Shown piece by piece: positions 50,101 through 63,900 of a DNA stretch of 64,000 bases; the first letter of the stretch is position 1, and each line of letters opens with the position of its first letter. Location: contig NC_087251.1 of NCBI RefSeq assembly GCF_037042905.1, forward strand, positions 10,914,001-10,978,000, in the 5' to 3' direction. The stretch is from Lytechinus pictus (Eukaryota). The position numbers and the translations under genes are program-made. The notes below the pieces were generated by a model, which had not been told where the DNA came from, searched no databases, and saw nothing but the letters and a program-made list of their open reading frames with translations.

Positions 50101-52577
50101 TATGAACTTAGGCTATCAGTAAGTACATGAGTAAGCAAGTGAGTGAGTGAGTGAGTGAGTTAGTAAGTAAGTAAGTAAGTCAGTCAGTCAGTAAGTAACT
50201 AAGTGTAAGTAAGTAAGTGTAAGTCAGTAAGTAAGAAAGTTAGTAAGTAAATAAGAAAGTTAGTAAGTAAGTAAGTGAGTGAGAGAGAAAGTGAATCAAT
50301 AAGTAAGTCAGTAACTAGAAAGGTAGGTAGGTAAATTTACGTATTTAAACTTTAAACAGATGAAAAGTTATGAATTCAAACATACTGAAAACTATATCAA
50401 AATTAAATAGAAAACATCTGAATGTCTTCACTTAAAAAATAAAGAAAATTGAATATGAACAAAAAATTGAATTAATAAACAGATAAATGTAAATATCAAT
50501 AAAATAATGAATGAATAAATGAATGAATAAATACATAAATTCTTTTAATAAGTAACAGTAAAGAACAGTAAATGAAGAAAGTGTACATTAATCAATTAGT
50601 CATTTATTCAAATAACTGAATAAAAAAATGAATGGAAAAAGTAGCATAGAATTCAAAATTTACCTGTATTTCCTGCAGTTCCTTCAACAACTGTACCGCC
50701 GGGTTTCAGCCGACCTGAAGAAATGGAAAAAAAACCCAAAACAAATGACTTGACAAAGAAACATTTACCCACTGCTTTACTCTTCACCTTTATTTATACA
50801 TTTTTAAAGACAGACCTTTCAGAAAGAGGCCATATAGTCAAAATAAGGTATAATGCTTACCACAATAAAACACACAAAAACAACCCCACAAAAGTTCTGA
50901 TCCAAGTGATTATTTGTAATGTTTTAAAAACCTTTCTTTCTTAATCTACTGAATACCACTTTAGATACTGTACATCGTTTTGAATAATGCATCACTTACC
51001 TTCGTCAATGCCCTGTTGAATGAGAAAAAGGGCGGCTCTGTCTTTTACTGAGCCCCCGCCATTAGCAAACTCTGCTTTCACCACAATATCACATCCAGTC
51101 TCCTGACTGACTTTATTCAATCGAATCAATGGTGTCCTTAAAATAATGAAGAGAAGAATATTTGTTTAAAGATTCATATCAACTTGATAAGGAGATTGAA
51201 TAGGGAATGAATTTTCTTTGTTCATCTTTAATGGAAAATAGGTAATCAGCAATCAAATCTTGAAAATGAATCCTTTTAAGCAAAAAGAAAAACAAAACAA
51301 AACCATCAAATGTGTTCATGATATAGTTCATATTTTGTTAATCTCCTTCATTCAAAACCATCTTTACAGAACTACAGAATACAATATGTAGACCTAATTT
51401 ATTTTTAGTTTAGACTGTTTCGGATAAATCAGAAGTAAAAACTTACTTGCCAACCATTCCAACAAATCCCATGCGCACATCCTGCAAATAAAGAAGAAAC
51501 AAACATCTGGAAATTACAGTAAAAAATCAAAATCAATATAAACTCAGCATATAAGTACACAAATGGAAATTAACTTGAGGTCCTTCCCCATGCCTGAACC
51601 TTCCGTCAAAACTTTAAATTCCAATTCATTCCATCCTCCTCTGACCTTTATGTGGTTGGAATATCAAGATTACAATAAAAATATAACATGAACCCACTTT
51701 GTATCAAGGTGCATAAAGTCAAGAGCAATGAATCCAATAAAGTTTTTGAAAATATTTTTTAAAGACTCAAAAGAGATCACAATTTTGATGTCTTCATTTC
51801 ACTCAGGAAGTATATTTCACAATGTTGGGCATGCATGATCATGATTCAAAGGCCATGAAAGGGTCTTTGAATTTTTAAAAGTAAACATTATATATTTTCA
51901 TCATCGCCATCAGAAAGGTAGGCTAGACGTCTAGATCTAGGTGTTCATTAAAAAAAAAACTCCCGACAGTGACAGTAACACCAGAAGATTAAATAACTCA
52001 CGATCAATCTACAGTTGTTGTTCCCTTAAATCTGTGGGTCCTCCAAATAAGTTCAATGAACAATATAAAAAATGTTTTTCTTTAAATCCCCCCCCCCCCC
52101 CCCCCGGCCCAGCCCCAGGGGCCAATATGATTTTGATTGCAACAAAAATGGTTAGCTCAGCTCAGGTTTGAAAAGAAAAAAAAATAAGATGATTGATATA
52201 ATTATTCAGCCGTGTCAGCTATTGATCACATCATCAGGCAAGCATAATGAAAATGCATAGCCACAGACGATAACAACATAACTAATCTGACCTGACCTTT
52301 GATCCAGGCCAGGCACTGTGCATGACGAAGCGTTTTCATTATTCATCTGTGATCAACAAACAGAAATATGAGTATATGGGACTGAGTTAAACGACTCGGT
52401 ATCAACGATAACGCGATACATGCAAATGCAACAGCACACAAAGAATCACATAAATGCACATTCCTAATGGTTTATTAGAATACTCACATTTGAGAGTAAT
52501 CTCTGTAATATGCTCTGATCTCTTTTGCAATAGGTTGACAGTATTTTCTGTCCGATTTTCCTCAAAGGCGATGCCAT
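38106..52577 (-). CDS. Cysteine synthase (O-acyl-serine sulfhydrylase, PLP-dependent, fungal CysB/Cys11-like), 11 exons, 365 aa, with mitochondrial-type presequence
   Basis: Exons 52577-52488, 51481-51447, 51136-51000, 50714-50664, 50012-49849, 48753-48639, 46257-46204, 45322-45102, 43012-42938, 38831-38726 and 38155-38106 are all GT-AG with consistent phases and total 1098 nt. Motifs: [20 protein letters not shown] (PLP lysine), [65 protein letters not shown]. No heme or CBS domains. Confidence 0.95.
39201..39845. mobile_element. MITE with CCCGGG termini and 8-bp TSD
   Basis: TIR of about 45 bp (cccggg..ggccactt.cattgac.a.tggataccatgcg.gacca). TSD ttgaccat at 39193-39200 and 39846-39853. 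Confidence 0.85.
45830..46189. mobile_element. Probable PIF/Harbinger-type MITE
   Basis: Imperfect 17-bp TIR (12/17) flanked by TAA at 45827-45829 and 46190-46192. The interior is GC-richer than its flanks. Confidence 0.5.
46988..48268. mobile_element. Non-autonomous Helentron-associated (HINE/DINE-like) element with internal tandem array
   Basis: Sub-terminal IR gtctcacctgcat (47010-47022) pairs with atgcaggtgagac (48252-48264). There is a terminal stem-loop at about 48239-48264 and about 7 units of roughly 143-165 bp containing gacctttgacc. Confidence 0.7.
48277..48630 (-). mobile_element. tRNA-derived SINE with LINE-like (TTA)n tail
   Basis: The minus strand begins GGAAGCGTCGTGGTGTAGCGG (A box) ... 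GTTCGAATCCC (B box), has a central CACCCAGGTG...ATGGGTACC domain and ends GCGCTATATAAATG...(TTA)n. Possible atctta TSD. Confidence 0.85.
49325..49697. repeat. Palindromic element built from about 20-bp repeats
   Basis: Termini ggttaaatgccaatt / aattggcaatttacc, with left-half ggtcta/cgtcc units mirrored by tagacc/ggacg units. Confidence 0.6.
50120..50333. repeat. Tetranucleotide repeat (GTAA/GTGA/GTCA)n
   Basis: Directly visible in cysteine synthase intron 4. Confidence 0.85.
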
Positions 52578-52640
52578 ATGTTTAGAACAGGTATTACAGT
52601 ACAGAAACACTAACACAAATTATAACAAAAACTCATTAAG

Positions 52641-52650
52641 TGGGCGGGGC
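52641..52650. promoter_or_regulatory. GC box (Sp1-type) upstream of the cysteine synthase start
   Basis: TGGGCGGGGC lies about 65 bp upstream of the ATG at 52577 in otherwise AT-rich DNA. Confidence 0.45.
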
Positions 52651-53611
52651 TTAGAAATCAGCTGTTAACCTCATGCAAGAATTCCAAGGTCAATCCCAAG
52701 TACATTAAGTTATTAAAGTTCATCAAAGTTGTCAGCACTGACAAGCTGCATTTTTCTCCGACAGTTACCATAGTAACAGCCAGGGGCCAGTGCATCTTAG
52801 CCAACCAGCCCCATGGATTTCAACCTTTTCATTAATTGTCAGGACTGAGAAGCTGACAACTGTCATAAAACACCTACACCGGATCTGAAGGTTCTATCTA
52901 CAAAAAATAATAAAATTAAATCTCTTAGTACAAAATCAATCAAAATGTATAAAAACTGCTGTGAAAGACCTCCTCCTTTGAACATTGAACTAATTTCCTG
53001 ATAGCACTCCAGTGGAGTTATCTATAGATGGATGCATGGGGCAACTTGAGGGGGGCCGGGTCATTGAAATTGGAACTTCGGGGCGCAAATGAAGAAAAAG
53101 AAAACAAAAACGACAAGAAAAGGGCAAATGAATAAAGGCACAGAAAAGGAATACCACTGAAGGTGATTTATACTCCTGTCCTATATGGTAATGCTGTTTC
53201 CAATACATTGAGAAAATGAATCTTACATGTCTTTACCAAGGGATGAATATTAATCCTGCCAACTTTGTGATTAGTGATATGCTTATTGTCTTCAAGAATT
53301 CCAACAAACACAAACAGTCCTTAAAATATTCATTTTTAAACGCAAAGTATAATTTTTCATCTATCGCTGCGGGTTTGCATTTTGATACGTCATACAAGCA
53401 GTTCTGAAATACATATTTTTCTGTTTAATTGTCAAATGAAAGCTTTCCATCATTTTTGTAAGGGAGATACAAATCCTCTTTATTGATTTTTACAAAAAAT
53501 CATTGAAATGTCCCTTTCTACATGTTCTAGGTGAGGATACATTAAAAAAAATTGGTTCGCGCTTCGCGTTTGTATTACGCCGATGAGATACGTATCTTGT
53601 ACATGAATTCC

Positions 53612-55527
53612 CAGTGGCGTAGCTAGGATTTGTTTCCTGGGGGGGGGGGGGGGCACTGGGGGGTCCTTGCTTTTTCAGGGGGGGCACCATTTTTTTCCGG
53701 TGTGTGTGTATGTGTCATAAGGGCGGATCCGACTTTCGCCAATAGGGGACGGGGCCCAAAATTATCTTCACATATATTTTCTCCGATCAGTCACTTGTTA
53801 TTTCTTATAAAACAACATAAACATGAAATTATCTCAAAAGCCTTATAAAAAGTGCGAGCGCGAGCGATTTTTTTTTTACTTTCATGTTCTTTGTCCTGAA
53901 AATTTAATATTCTGGGCAATGTTATGCGTGATCCTGAACAAGATTCGTATGTAACTAGAGGGTTACTGCGAACGCCAAGCGCGAGCAGAAATTTTTATTA
54001 ACTGTTCTAGCATTATCGAAAAGGGACCTGTTAAGGACTGCTTACAGTTACCCACGAAGACGGTATATATTGCGAAGTGCGAGCAATTTTTTTTGACATT
54101 CCGACCTAAAAACTTGTCATTCTAAGCACTTTTTGTATTAATAAATGGAAAATTGAGATTTTAGACCTAAAAGCGGGACACTCTATTCATATTTTGTAAA
54201 TCATAAATAGGATATAGTTAATTGGGTATCATTAAAGGACAAGTCTACCCCGACAAAAAGTTGATTTGAATAAAAAGAGAAAAATCCAACAATCATAACA
54301 CTGAAAATTTCATCAAAATCGGATGTAAAATAAGAAAGTTATGACATTTTTAAGTTTCGCTTAATTTCACACAACAGTTATATGCACATCCTGGTCAGTA
54401 TGCAAATGAGGGGACTGATGACATCACGCACTCACTATTTCTTTTGTATTTTATTATCTGAAATATTAAATATTCTGATTTTCTCACCCATGTCATTTGA
54501 AATCGAGCTTTATTCCTCCCTGAACTTGTGGAATTAACATTGTTTAACATTATGTAGTTCAGTCAAGTTTTACATTATTGTCAATTCTGTATAAATTGAA
54601 ATATTGTATAATTCAAACAATAAAAAACAAAAGAAATAGTGAGTGATGGACATCATGGACTCTCTCATTTGCATATCGCTGAGTTGTGCATTTAACTGTT
54701 TTGTAAAAAAAATAAGTGAAACTTAAAAATGTCCTAACTTTCTTATTTTACATCCGATTTCGATGAAATTTGCAGCGTTAAGTTTGTTTGATTTTTCTCT
54801 ATCGATTCAAATCAACAATTTCCTGGGGTGGACTTGACCTTTAATAATGCGATCGTGAAGCGTGAGCAGACAATTATTGATATTCTGATGTGAAACTGGA
54901 TAATTTAAGTACATTTTAAATAAAGAACATGCAGGCTATCGCGCATGTTTTAGATTCAGACCTAGAATCTGGGCATTCTGAATACATTTGTTTAATGGAA
55001 CATTATGGAATACACGTAGACAATAGGAACTTGGCAAATCAAACAATGTGACCACGCAGCGTGAGCTAAAAAAGGCTGATATGTTGACCATAAAACGGAC
55101 GTTTTACAGAGCACTTAAATTTGTAAATGAAAAAAAATAATGAAAGCTCGATGTCCGAGCTAAAATACGTTTTGTATATTGACTTCAAAACTTGCTCCAT
55201 ATCAGCCTATTGAGCAAGATTTGAATCTTATCGAACAGGCAATTCTGGCGCGAAGCGCAAGCAAAATTTTTATAGTAACATGAAAGATTTTTTTGTTGTT
55301 GCAAGTCTTCCCCTCACATTATTTCATTAACTCGTCTTCCTCCTCTTTTTTTCCTCTCCTGTCTTTCTTCTTCTTTTCCTTTTTTCTTTTCTTCTTTTCT
55401 TCTTTTTCCCTTTTTTCTTTTTTTTGCTCTGTCAATTTTTTTCAGGGGGGGGGGGGGCACCTGGGGGGCACACCAAATCTCAGGGGGGGCACGTGCCCCC
55501 CCCAGGCCCCCCGTAGCTACGCCACTG
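53612..55527. mobile_element. Non-autonomous hAT-like element with 8-bp TSD
   Basis: TIR cagtggcgtagcta / tagctacgccactg. TSD tgaattcc at 53604-53611 and 55528-55535. Confidence 0.85.
54236..54840. mobile_element. Long-TIR TTAA MITE nested in the hAT-like element
   Basis: Near-palindromic element aggacaagtc.accc...ggggtggacttgacct with TTAA at 54232-54235 and 54841-54844. Confidence 0.85.
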
Positions 55528-58500
55528 TGAATTCCTACAAATAGTCCTTTTCTCCTTTTTCTTTCTCTTTTTTCTTCATTATTAGCTGTTGGCGATTATC
55601 AGGTCTTTCGAACTCTTTAGAGTTTTAAAATATAATATGTTCTCGAAACAGCCTTTTCATCGAGAACATGATAAACTGGTTAATTATCAAAAGTAAGTGT
55701 AATTGGAAGCAATCTTGATTTCGTAGAAAATTAAGGTACTCTTATTCTGGAATATGACGTGTCAGTGGTCTCACTGGTTTGTTATTTGTTTGCTTGTTTG
55801 TTGGGGGGGGGGGGGGGTAGGAGAGTTAGAAGTGCATGGCTTTTTTATCATATCAGTTTTAAATCGAATCAAACGTACATTATATGACGAAGGTCTGACA
55901 TGATTGAAATCTGGCTAGTTCAACATTCTATTTTGTTTCGTACCATTGTTTGACCCTAAATTTTTCCAACACCATTTCACTTGAATCAGATGTATTCGAA
56001 GGCCTGTATAATCCTCAAGGCACTGGGAATGGCTGTTTTTACTGGAGGTGTTGATGTAAATTTGAAAAGCAAAAAAAAAAGGTTTCACTACAAAATGGAG
56101 ATGAAATTGGTCCCGAGAAATTTGAAAAGCAAAAAAAAAAAAAAAAAAAACATCTTCCAAAATACCTGGGATGCTGCCTGTGGAGAATAATACCCCAGTA
56201 CCCCGCTTCCCAGAGCCATGACCGCGTCCTTTGAAATGAATACTCAGGTGATAGCTTTTTTTCTTCATTCGTGTATTGTACTCAAATGTACGTCTCTCCA
56301 GGGGTCGCCGCGGAGCGGGAAGAGGGAGGGGAGGGGCTTCAGCCTCCCACTTTTTTCCCGACACCACTCCCACTTTTAGCTCAGCCCCCTCCCACATTTC
56401 AAAATCGTTCCACGACCCCTATCTGCATATACATTTTTTTTTATTGAGGAGGGGGGTAGATATAGAAAAGTAACTAAGATTTTGTTCAATTATCAATTAT
56501 TCAATACTTATTTACATTATATATACTTGAGGTTAAGTACCAACAAAAATGAATTCACAGAATTTCAAATGTTACTGAAAAACTAGAAATTATACAAGTC
56601 TAAAAATTTTATAAGATATTAAATTGTTTCTTTCCTCATTTTTATTTAGCATGGAAGTTTAGACCTAAATAAAGTTCATGCAGAATGAATAGCTTCAATC
56701 ATGTTAATTTGAAAAATCTTGAGTGTTCGACCGTCTAAATTCTAATTTGTTATCATTTTGGCGGGTTGGAATAGGATTATCCATGCAGGTGGAAATGTGG
56801 CGTTATACATATGTATTTTATGATAATGTTTTTCGATTAACATTTTTATGGCCTCAAAAAAAAAATTAAAATGAAAAAAAGTTTTTAAAAACTCACCATC
56901 GCAATATCCAAAAATGCTTTCATTATTTTGTTTTCACTCAATATGCTCCCTTTTGTGATATTTCGTTATTAGGCATCTAAGCTTATCACGCCATTGTTGT
57001 ATTTAAATTTTAGACAGCTTGCGGCTGGTGGGGGCAGGAAAATAGGTTTGTTTGTTTTTAATGATAATAGAAATGTGTGTGACAAAAATGTATACCCCAG
57101 TCATCCAGCGTCAAGGGATGTGATTAAGAGTGATGACTTTTTGTTTATTTCCCTTTTTTTAGGGGGGGGGGGTAGGCTTGTCAGAAATTTTGACGAAAAA
57201 CTGTGCCCAAAGAAATCCTGGAATCACCCACCATGGAATACATGAATACAATTTTTCAGTTTTCCGCAAAAATACCAACTAAATAAAGAACTATAAGTCT
57301 ACTCTTTGACAAGATTTAAATGAAATAACGAAATTCTTCTTCTAATCATTAGAAAAATGCTTCCTTTTCTAACCTGAAATGCAAGACAAAGTAATTGTTA
57401 ATTAAGATAGACAATTACTTCTCAATCTCGATATAGCGTCTTTTACTAGGAAAGGAAAATCTATATAATTTAGGAATAAATTAGATCAAAGGAAATAACG
57501 GAGAATCTCGCATTCCTAAATACAGACTAAATGGGAATAAAAATCTATAAATGTCCACGGATAAGTATTTCATTGTATGTCATAAACCGTTCACCCCAAC
57601 ACCTCGCAGGCAAACTGTGATAGTGGAAAAGTCAACGATACCTTCGTGACAATGATTTATGACATAGCCTCACACGACACAGTTCGAGTAGAGCCCCCCC
57701 CCCCCCCCCCCCGATATTTGCCATCGAATTCGAATAAATACCGAGGTATTTCAGCAAATGCAGATCAAGATTTGTTTCATTTTGGCTTGGTGAGTCTGAT
57801 CTAATTCGTCATTCTTTCATCTCTTGATGAGTTTGGATTCTGCGTTGACCGAATAAATCAGACAGAAAAACTAAGACATTTTTAGATGTTGCATCCTTTT
57901 ATAGTCGACAGAATTGTGTAGCACCGACAAACGTTTATCCGGAGTCTTGAAATTAATCAGGTCACGGTTTTTGTTATTTAGAGAGGTTGTTTTCTTTTCA
58001 CTACCTACTTATTGCTGCTACTGTATTTCTTCCTCGTCAAAAGGTATTTATTTTTTTCCTTTTTCATTTTTATTTGTAATTTAAGCATGAAAAGATTTAA
58101 ATGAATGAACCCGAATTGCATAACTGTAGTTTACTCAAATTTGTTGTATAAACTCTTAATCAGATTTGATCAAATTGGAAATTGAAATGTGTTTGAACAT
58201 GCGAGGCTTTATAGGAAGATAATCTGATTTATGCAAAAAAAAAAGTTGAACTCGTATTGGCTCAATTAAAGAAGAGCAACGTCTTCACTTTCTCATGTCT
58301 TCATAAGTTGAGTGTGCTGTCAGTGTATGAAACCCGAGCATTTACATGCCATCATCTCATAAGCTGCTATATCTCAAACGACTTTAAAGAGTCTATCATT
58401 CCTTTCTTAATTATATCATTTTGATTTCGTTAGTGATTTATTGATACGGATTCATTTCATTTTTAGCCAATTACATATTTTCGCAGAAAACAAAGATAAA

Positions 58501-60924
58501 TGCAGTGAAAATTGAATGGAATATATCTAAACGAAATTCGGCATCTCATAGGCCCTGTTAAATATAAAGACTTTTTTTGGGGGGGGGGTGTTTGTTTGCT
58601 TGTTTTGTTTCATTTGTTCGTGTGTGATTTTTATGTTACTTTTATACCAAGAAGTATACTTATATAGACGGATTTATAGAATTGCTGCAATAAGTTAAAC
58701 TGCACTTCGATTATTTAAATTTTAAATTTTAATATATTCCTCAAATATTTGAACCATTACCTCTTGTTAAATTCCGCCTTAATCATTACACTAAATATAC
58801 CATTTAAAATATAATGATGAATTACCAATTAATACTGTCCATTGTGGCCACGTACAAACACACACACACATTCTTTTTTAACTTTGAATGCATACACTCC
58901 TTTTCATTTTCTTTTTTTCACATTATACGTTAGCAAAATTCATAAAATTACAAGGTCTCAACTGAAATTCATAGCGAGATTGTTGCATGGTCGTATCGTA
59001 TGGCATGCACAGCAAATACATCCAGTTTGAACAGTTTGAATATCAAATAGTGCTTCAAGAAAAATATATATCCCCGCTATACTGTTAAAACTAAGTATTT
59101 TCCCTTTGGACATTGATTGATTTTAAGCAAGCAAAAGTACAATAACAATCAATGTATGCCTACCACTTATTGTATTTTATGGCTAACTCTTTTAGACTAG
59201 AAATATCTAAATAAATTTAGCGGATCGGTAGAATCAAATATCAGCCAAAATGTAAATATCATACTCGATCTACATAGAATTCAAAGCGAGATGGTGAGAG
59301 TTCCACATAAATACAGTAGGCATATCTTTTTCTGTATGAATTTAATAATTCGTAAGTTATTCGTAAGTTATTTCCTACAAGTTGCTTATGAGTGTTACTC
59401 ATGATTTTCGATATATCAATTCCCGCGTTTTGTTTCTAAATTAAGAATATAAAAAAAACGTTCCAGTGTTTTCATTTGCTTTAATTATTGACATAAATTT
59501 ACCTCAAAACCGATGTAAAAACATAATGGTTTTTGCTACAGGCATGCAGTAGGCAAAGAGCAGTCTAATCATTTACTTAACATGTTTAAGGGGGTTTAAT
59601 GATTTGGCGATGTCTTCGTTTATAAAGAGGTCTTATTTTCTTTAATCATAATAATCGGCAACTGGTGGTTATGTTAGTTAAGTCATCGAAATGATACTTA
59701 CTGACTCTCATTTTTATTGGTTTAACAGTAAATTAAAGTAATTTTATCCTATTTTAATTGTGAATTTCGGAATGGTTGAAGCTATTGTATAAAATCTATA
59801 TGCATTGGAGGCTACTAGATATATATAGATAAGTTGCACAAATTCCTTACAAATGAGCCTAAAATAACAAGAATTATAAGCGGAGGTATGTGTTATAAAT
59901 GCGTTCTTTATCATCTGGTGGAAACTCAACACCAATAAAACATTTGAGTCATTTTAAGTTATATTGTCTCTAATAAATTCCTTAAATAAATTGTTTCCGA
60001 ATGACGCATTTTTGGGGTAGTTTTGCACAAAGAAACAGAGGACTCTGGATATATATACAATTAAACATCCGCTATAAAACATTGCATTTCAAGTTGCCAA
60101 CTACAAGTGCAATCTGAATTATACTACTCAATTAACTGTGCTTCGTTAGAATCAGAATTTAAATCTGTTAATTGCTCTCGAATCGGGCATATGCAAAACC
60201 ACAGTATAGTATTTGCAAAGTTGATGGTGTAGTACTAATGGCTATTGTATTGATCTTAAGGGATTAAAACTTCCGTGTATGTGAATAAAAAGCAGGAGTT
60301 TAACTTATTTCTTTCTATATTTCCCAATATGAAATAAAAGTGTGATTAATTATATCTATCTTGATCGGAATAAGCTATATGCACTTGAAATGTATCGGTA
60401 GAATTCATGCCTGTAAAATAATTGTTCAAGATATAGCCCAATTTGACATTCAAGATAATCAAATAAAAATAATTTGTCTCGTGATTATAAAAGATGTATG
60501 TGGTACGTCGCCAAGCAAAATATAAATAAATATATAAGTAAATCAATATTCGAATGAAACTGAGTTGAATCGAATATTGCCATTTTTGCGGAACTCGTGC
60601 AATATAACCTATAATGTCAAATTATTAATGTGAAGAACACCCCCCCCCCTAGCTGATCAGCTGCTTCGTTCCCTCCGTGTCTCGCATTCATAATTATGCT
60701 TATTTAACATTTTGCCTATTCTTGCTCATTGGGAAAAGATTCGGACATAATGTCCGTACGCCTACTCTTTTATTTTTTTTTCCAAATAGCTGAAACAATA
60801 TCGGGATGAATACATTCATGCAAATTTGAACCACGCTAATCTGCATTATTCTTATATCAGAACCAACGAGAACTATCATTCAAGAAAACAATTTTTTTTC
60901 TTACAGCGTGAACAACTTTAAACC

Positions 60925-63900
60925 ATGTCTTCCAATTCGTGTGTTGTAGTTGAACCAACTTCTAAGGAACTTTTCGACCGTAAGTATTTCATGATTTATG
61001 TCTCTCTTCAAAACCAAACATGTGTTTCAGAATATTAAGACTTTGAAGAGAAAAATACGAAATATGCATTCTTATTCCATTTTGCTTCTGCAATGTATCA
61101 GGTATATTGTTTAACATGCAAATAGTTAAAATGAAAGGGAACTAATGATTCGCCGAATTTGTTAAATTATGAAATGTTTGAAGGGCTTTTTGTAAAAAAT
61201 GTCCTCATTTCCTACGTCAAATTTACATTTTACCTTCCCTTTCTGCAATATTAAGAATGTACATTTTGAATGATTCTCCCCAGGGCGACGCCAGAATGAT
61301 GCAACGGTGGCGGGGGGGGGGGGGGGGCATTCCGGGCGTAATGACTTGAAAGTGAAATTGATTTCTTTTCAGACAAGAAAACAGGGATATTTATAAAGGG
61401 CCTTTATACTAGTCCATTATCGTACTTAGTTTAAAAATCAAAGGGGGTGGTCGGATGTGTGTCCTCCATACTCTCTAAAAAACACGGCTGAGTAAAATTG
61501 TACTTAATATTGGGTAGAAAGGGAACATGCATGTTTGCTGGGTATTTTTTTTAACCCCATATTGGGTTATTTCAACGCAACATTGCGTCCCCTTTTTTTA
61601 CCCAACCAACATGCTTCTTCCCCTTTTACCCAATATTGGGTAAACCTTTTTAAGAGTGTAGAGCGACTTTGGTTCCCTCTAGAAGTAATTTGTTTATTTG
61701 TTCTTTTATTTCCTAAATCTGATAAAGCATTACAGATAAAATACCATTTTCAATGACCATACCAAATTGCAAGAGAACAGTCACCATGACAATGTAAATT
61801 AAAATCCGATACGTCGCAATGTTTAAATAACATTAACGTTCTTTAGGGTCCTTACATCTTTTGATTGCTTTTAGAAATAAATACTGAATTGAAGATTGAA
61901 ATAACATATTTTATTGTTTTTTTTTTCAATCTAGATTACAGTTCGAACACTGCGGCAATTGTTTTGATTGTCTTCATGTCTCTCTTCAGTGTGGTGACTG
62001 TCATCATGTACCTAGAGGCATGTCATTACATCAATAAGAAAGTCAATGATAGCCGAACTCGGGTTAGACTGATCGTCATCCTCGGCATCTATCCAGTCAG
62101 TTCATAATTAATTCTTTTTTCAATGTTATATATTTCAAACATAATCATAATTATTTTAGAAAATACTCTATAAAACAGGATCAACTGGAACAAAAATGTA
62201 TATAAACTAGATTGATTTTTGTTTTTCATGTTTTTTTATTTTTATTTTACTTGTCTTGTCTTGTCTTGGGTTAACTCGGCTTATGTAGGCTTTTTGTACT
62301 CCACCAACTTTGTTGAAAATGTGGGGTCACCGAGCAAGCAGGTTACTTGCTTACTTTAGGCTATTGTGTGGCTTTTGTTTTGTATTAGTTCAGTGTCTTG
62401 GGTTACAGTTGTGCTATGTTCAATTTATTCCAATCATTAATGGTCCGAGGGAAGAAACTGTATTTATGAGCATCCCTTTTGACTAGTTGGCGTCAGAGTT
62501 TGTTGCTATTCCCTATAGTCTGCCGAGTGGTATAGGTGAATCGGAGGTGGTGGCAACAAGACCTTTAATTACTTGGAACATAAAGCAAAGTCTACTATCA
62601 AATGCTGTTTGATATATATTTTAACCCATAGCAAAGGGTCAGAAATCAAGCATTCACGTTATTTGGTTCGGATAACATTTCTCTTTTTTTTTTAAGGTTT
62701 ACTCGACGACATCATTGCTCGCTCTTTATATTCCAAGAGCACATCTTATAACCTACCTGACTGCAACACTGTAAGTACTTAGTCTCTCAACTTCTTCGGA
62801 GGTGGCGTGGGTTGGGGGTTTCTTTTGCATTTTAGTAAACCAATGAAAGGGGTAAGCCTTTGAGATTCTACATAGTATGAATCTATTTATCACATTATAC
62901 ATGTTATAGAGTTCGCTAGGTTAACCGATATATACTGTACTCTTTTGAATGCATTGATCGCTAACTGAACCAAATTATTTGAACGTGCAGAAAACGTTAT
63001 CGAGCATGCATCATGTTAATGCATGTCATAATAGGGACACAAAGCAAACAATTGTTGTCACCATGATCATAATATTTCTTTTGCTAAATTAGAACGGTAA
63101 ATCTTTGAAGCTACACTATTCTAATTGAACAAAGCTTCAGCCATCTCATGTAGATCGAAATTTAATTGAGATTCAACTGTGTATGAGGCGTAAATGTCTA
63201 GTTACAATCTCATTTGTTACACTCTCGTGTAGATATTTTTCGGTCGCCCTGTATCAGTTCTTGATGCTGATTGTGAGCTATTTTGGTGACAGGGACCAAC
63301 TGATTGTCAAGCTACAAGGCTCAAAGATTCCCATCGCCAGCCCTCCTTTACTCTGCTTCTTTCCTTGTCTTCCAAAACCAGATATGAATGTGTAAGTTCT
63401 CATTATATCTTCTTTGATAAATTTCCACAACTACGTACAGTTTCAAACTCCATCGGCATGGTGAACACACTCTTATTGAACTATTAGCAAATTATTCACC
63501 GCCAACCAACCGATAAACCAAAAAGCTGAACAACTGCACTAAAATTTGACCGCTAGCGAGTCAACCAACAAACCAATAACCACAACCAATTGTTAAAATC
63601 CAACAGAAACAAATCATCATACGGCACATGACAATCAACTAAATGTAGATATCCAACGACAACCATTAAAAATAAGCTAACTTACAAACTCGACGCCCAC
63701 TCTCCTCGGCCACCAATCAACCGACCAAATAAACAACAGCTGACAACCAATAATCATACAACAAAATAATCAAATGTATAATCATCAAACTATCAACTGA
63801 CTGATCATGATTGGGCCTGCCACCGACAGTGACTGTAACTTCTTCTTTCTGACAAATCAGCACGGTCTTTTAGTAATTCGATTACACAAATTTTGTTTAT

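Noticed and set aside
38106..52577. Bacterial contamination or recent horizontal transfer of cysK
   Set aside because: Ten canonical introns filled with host repeats and an organellar-type presequence.
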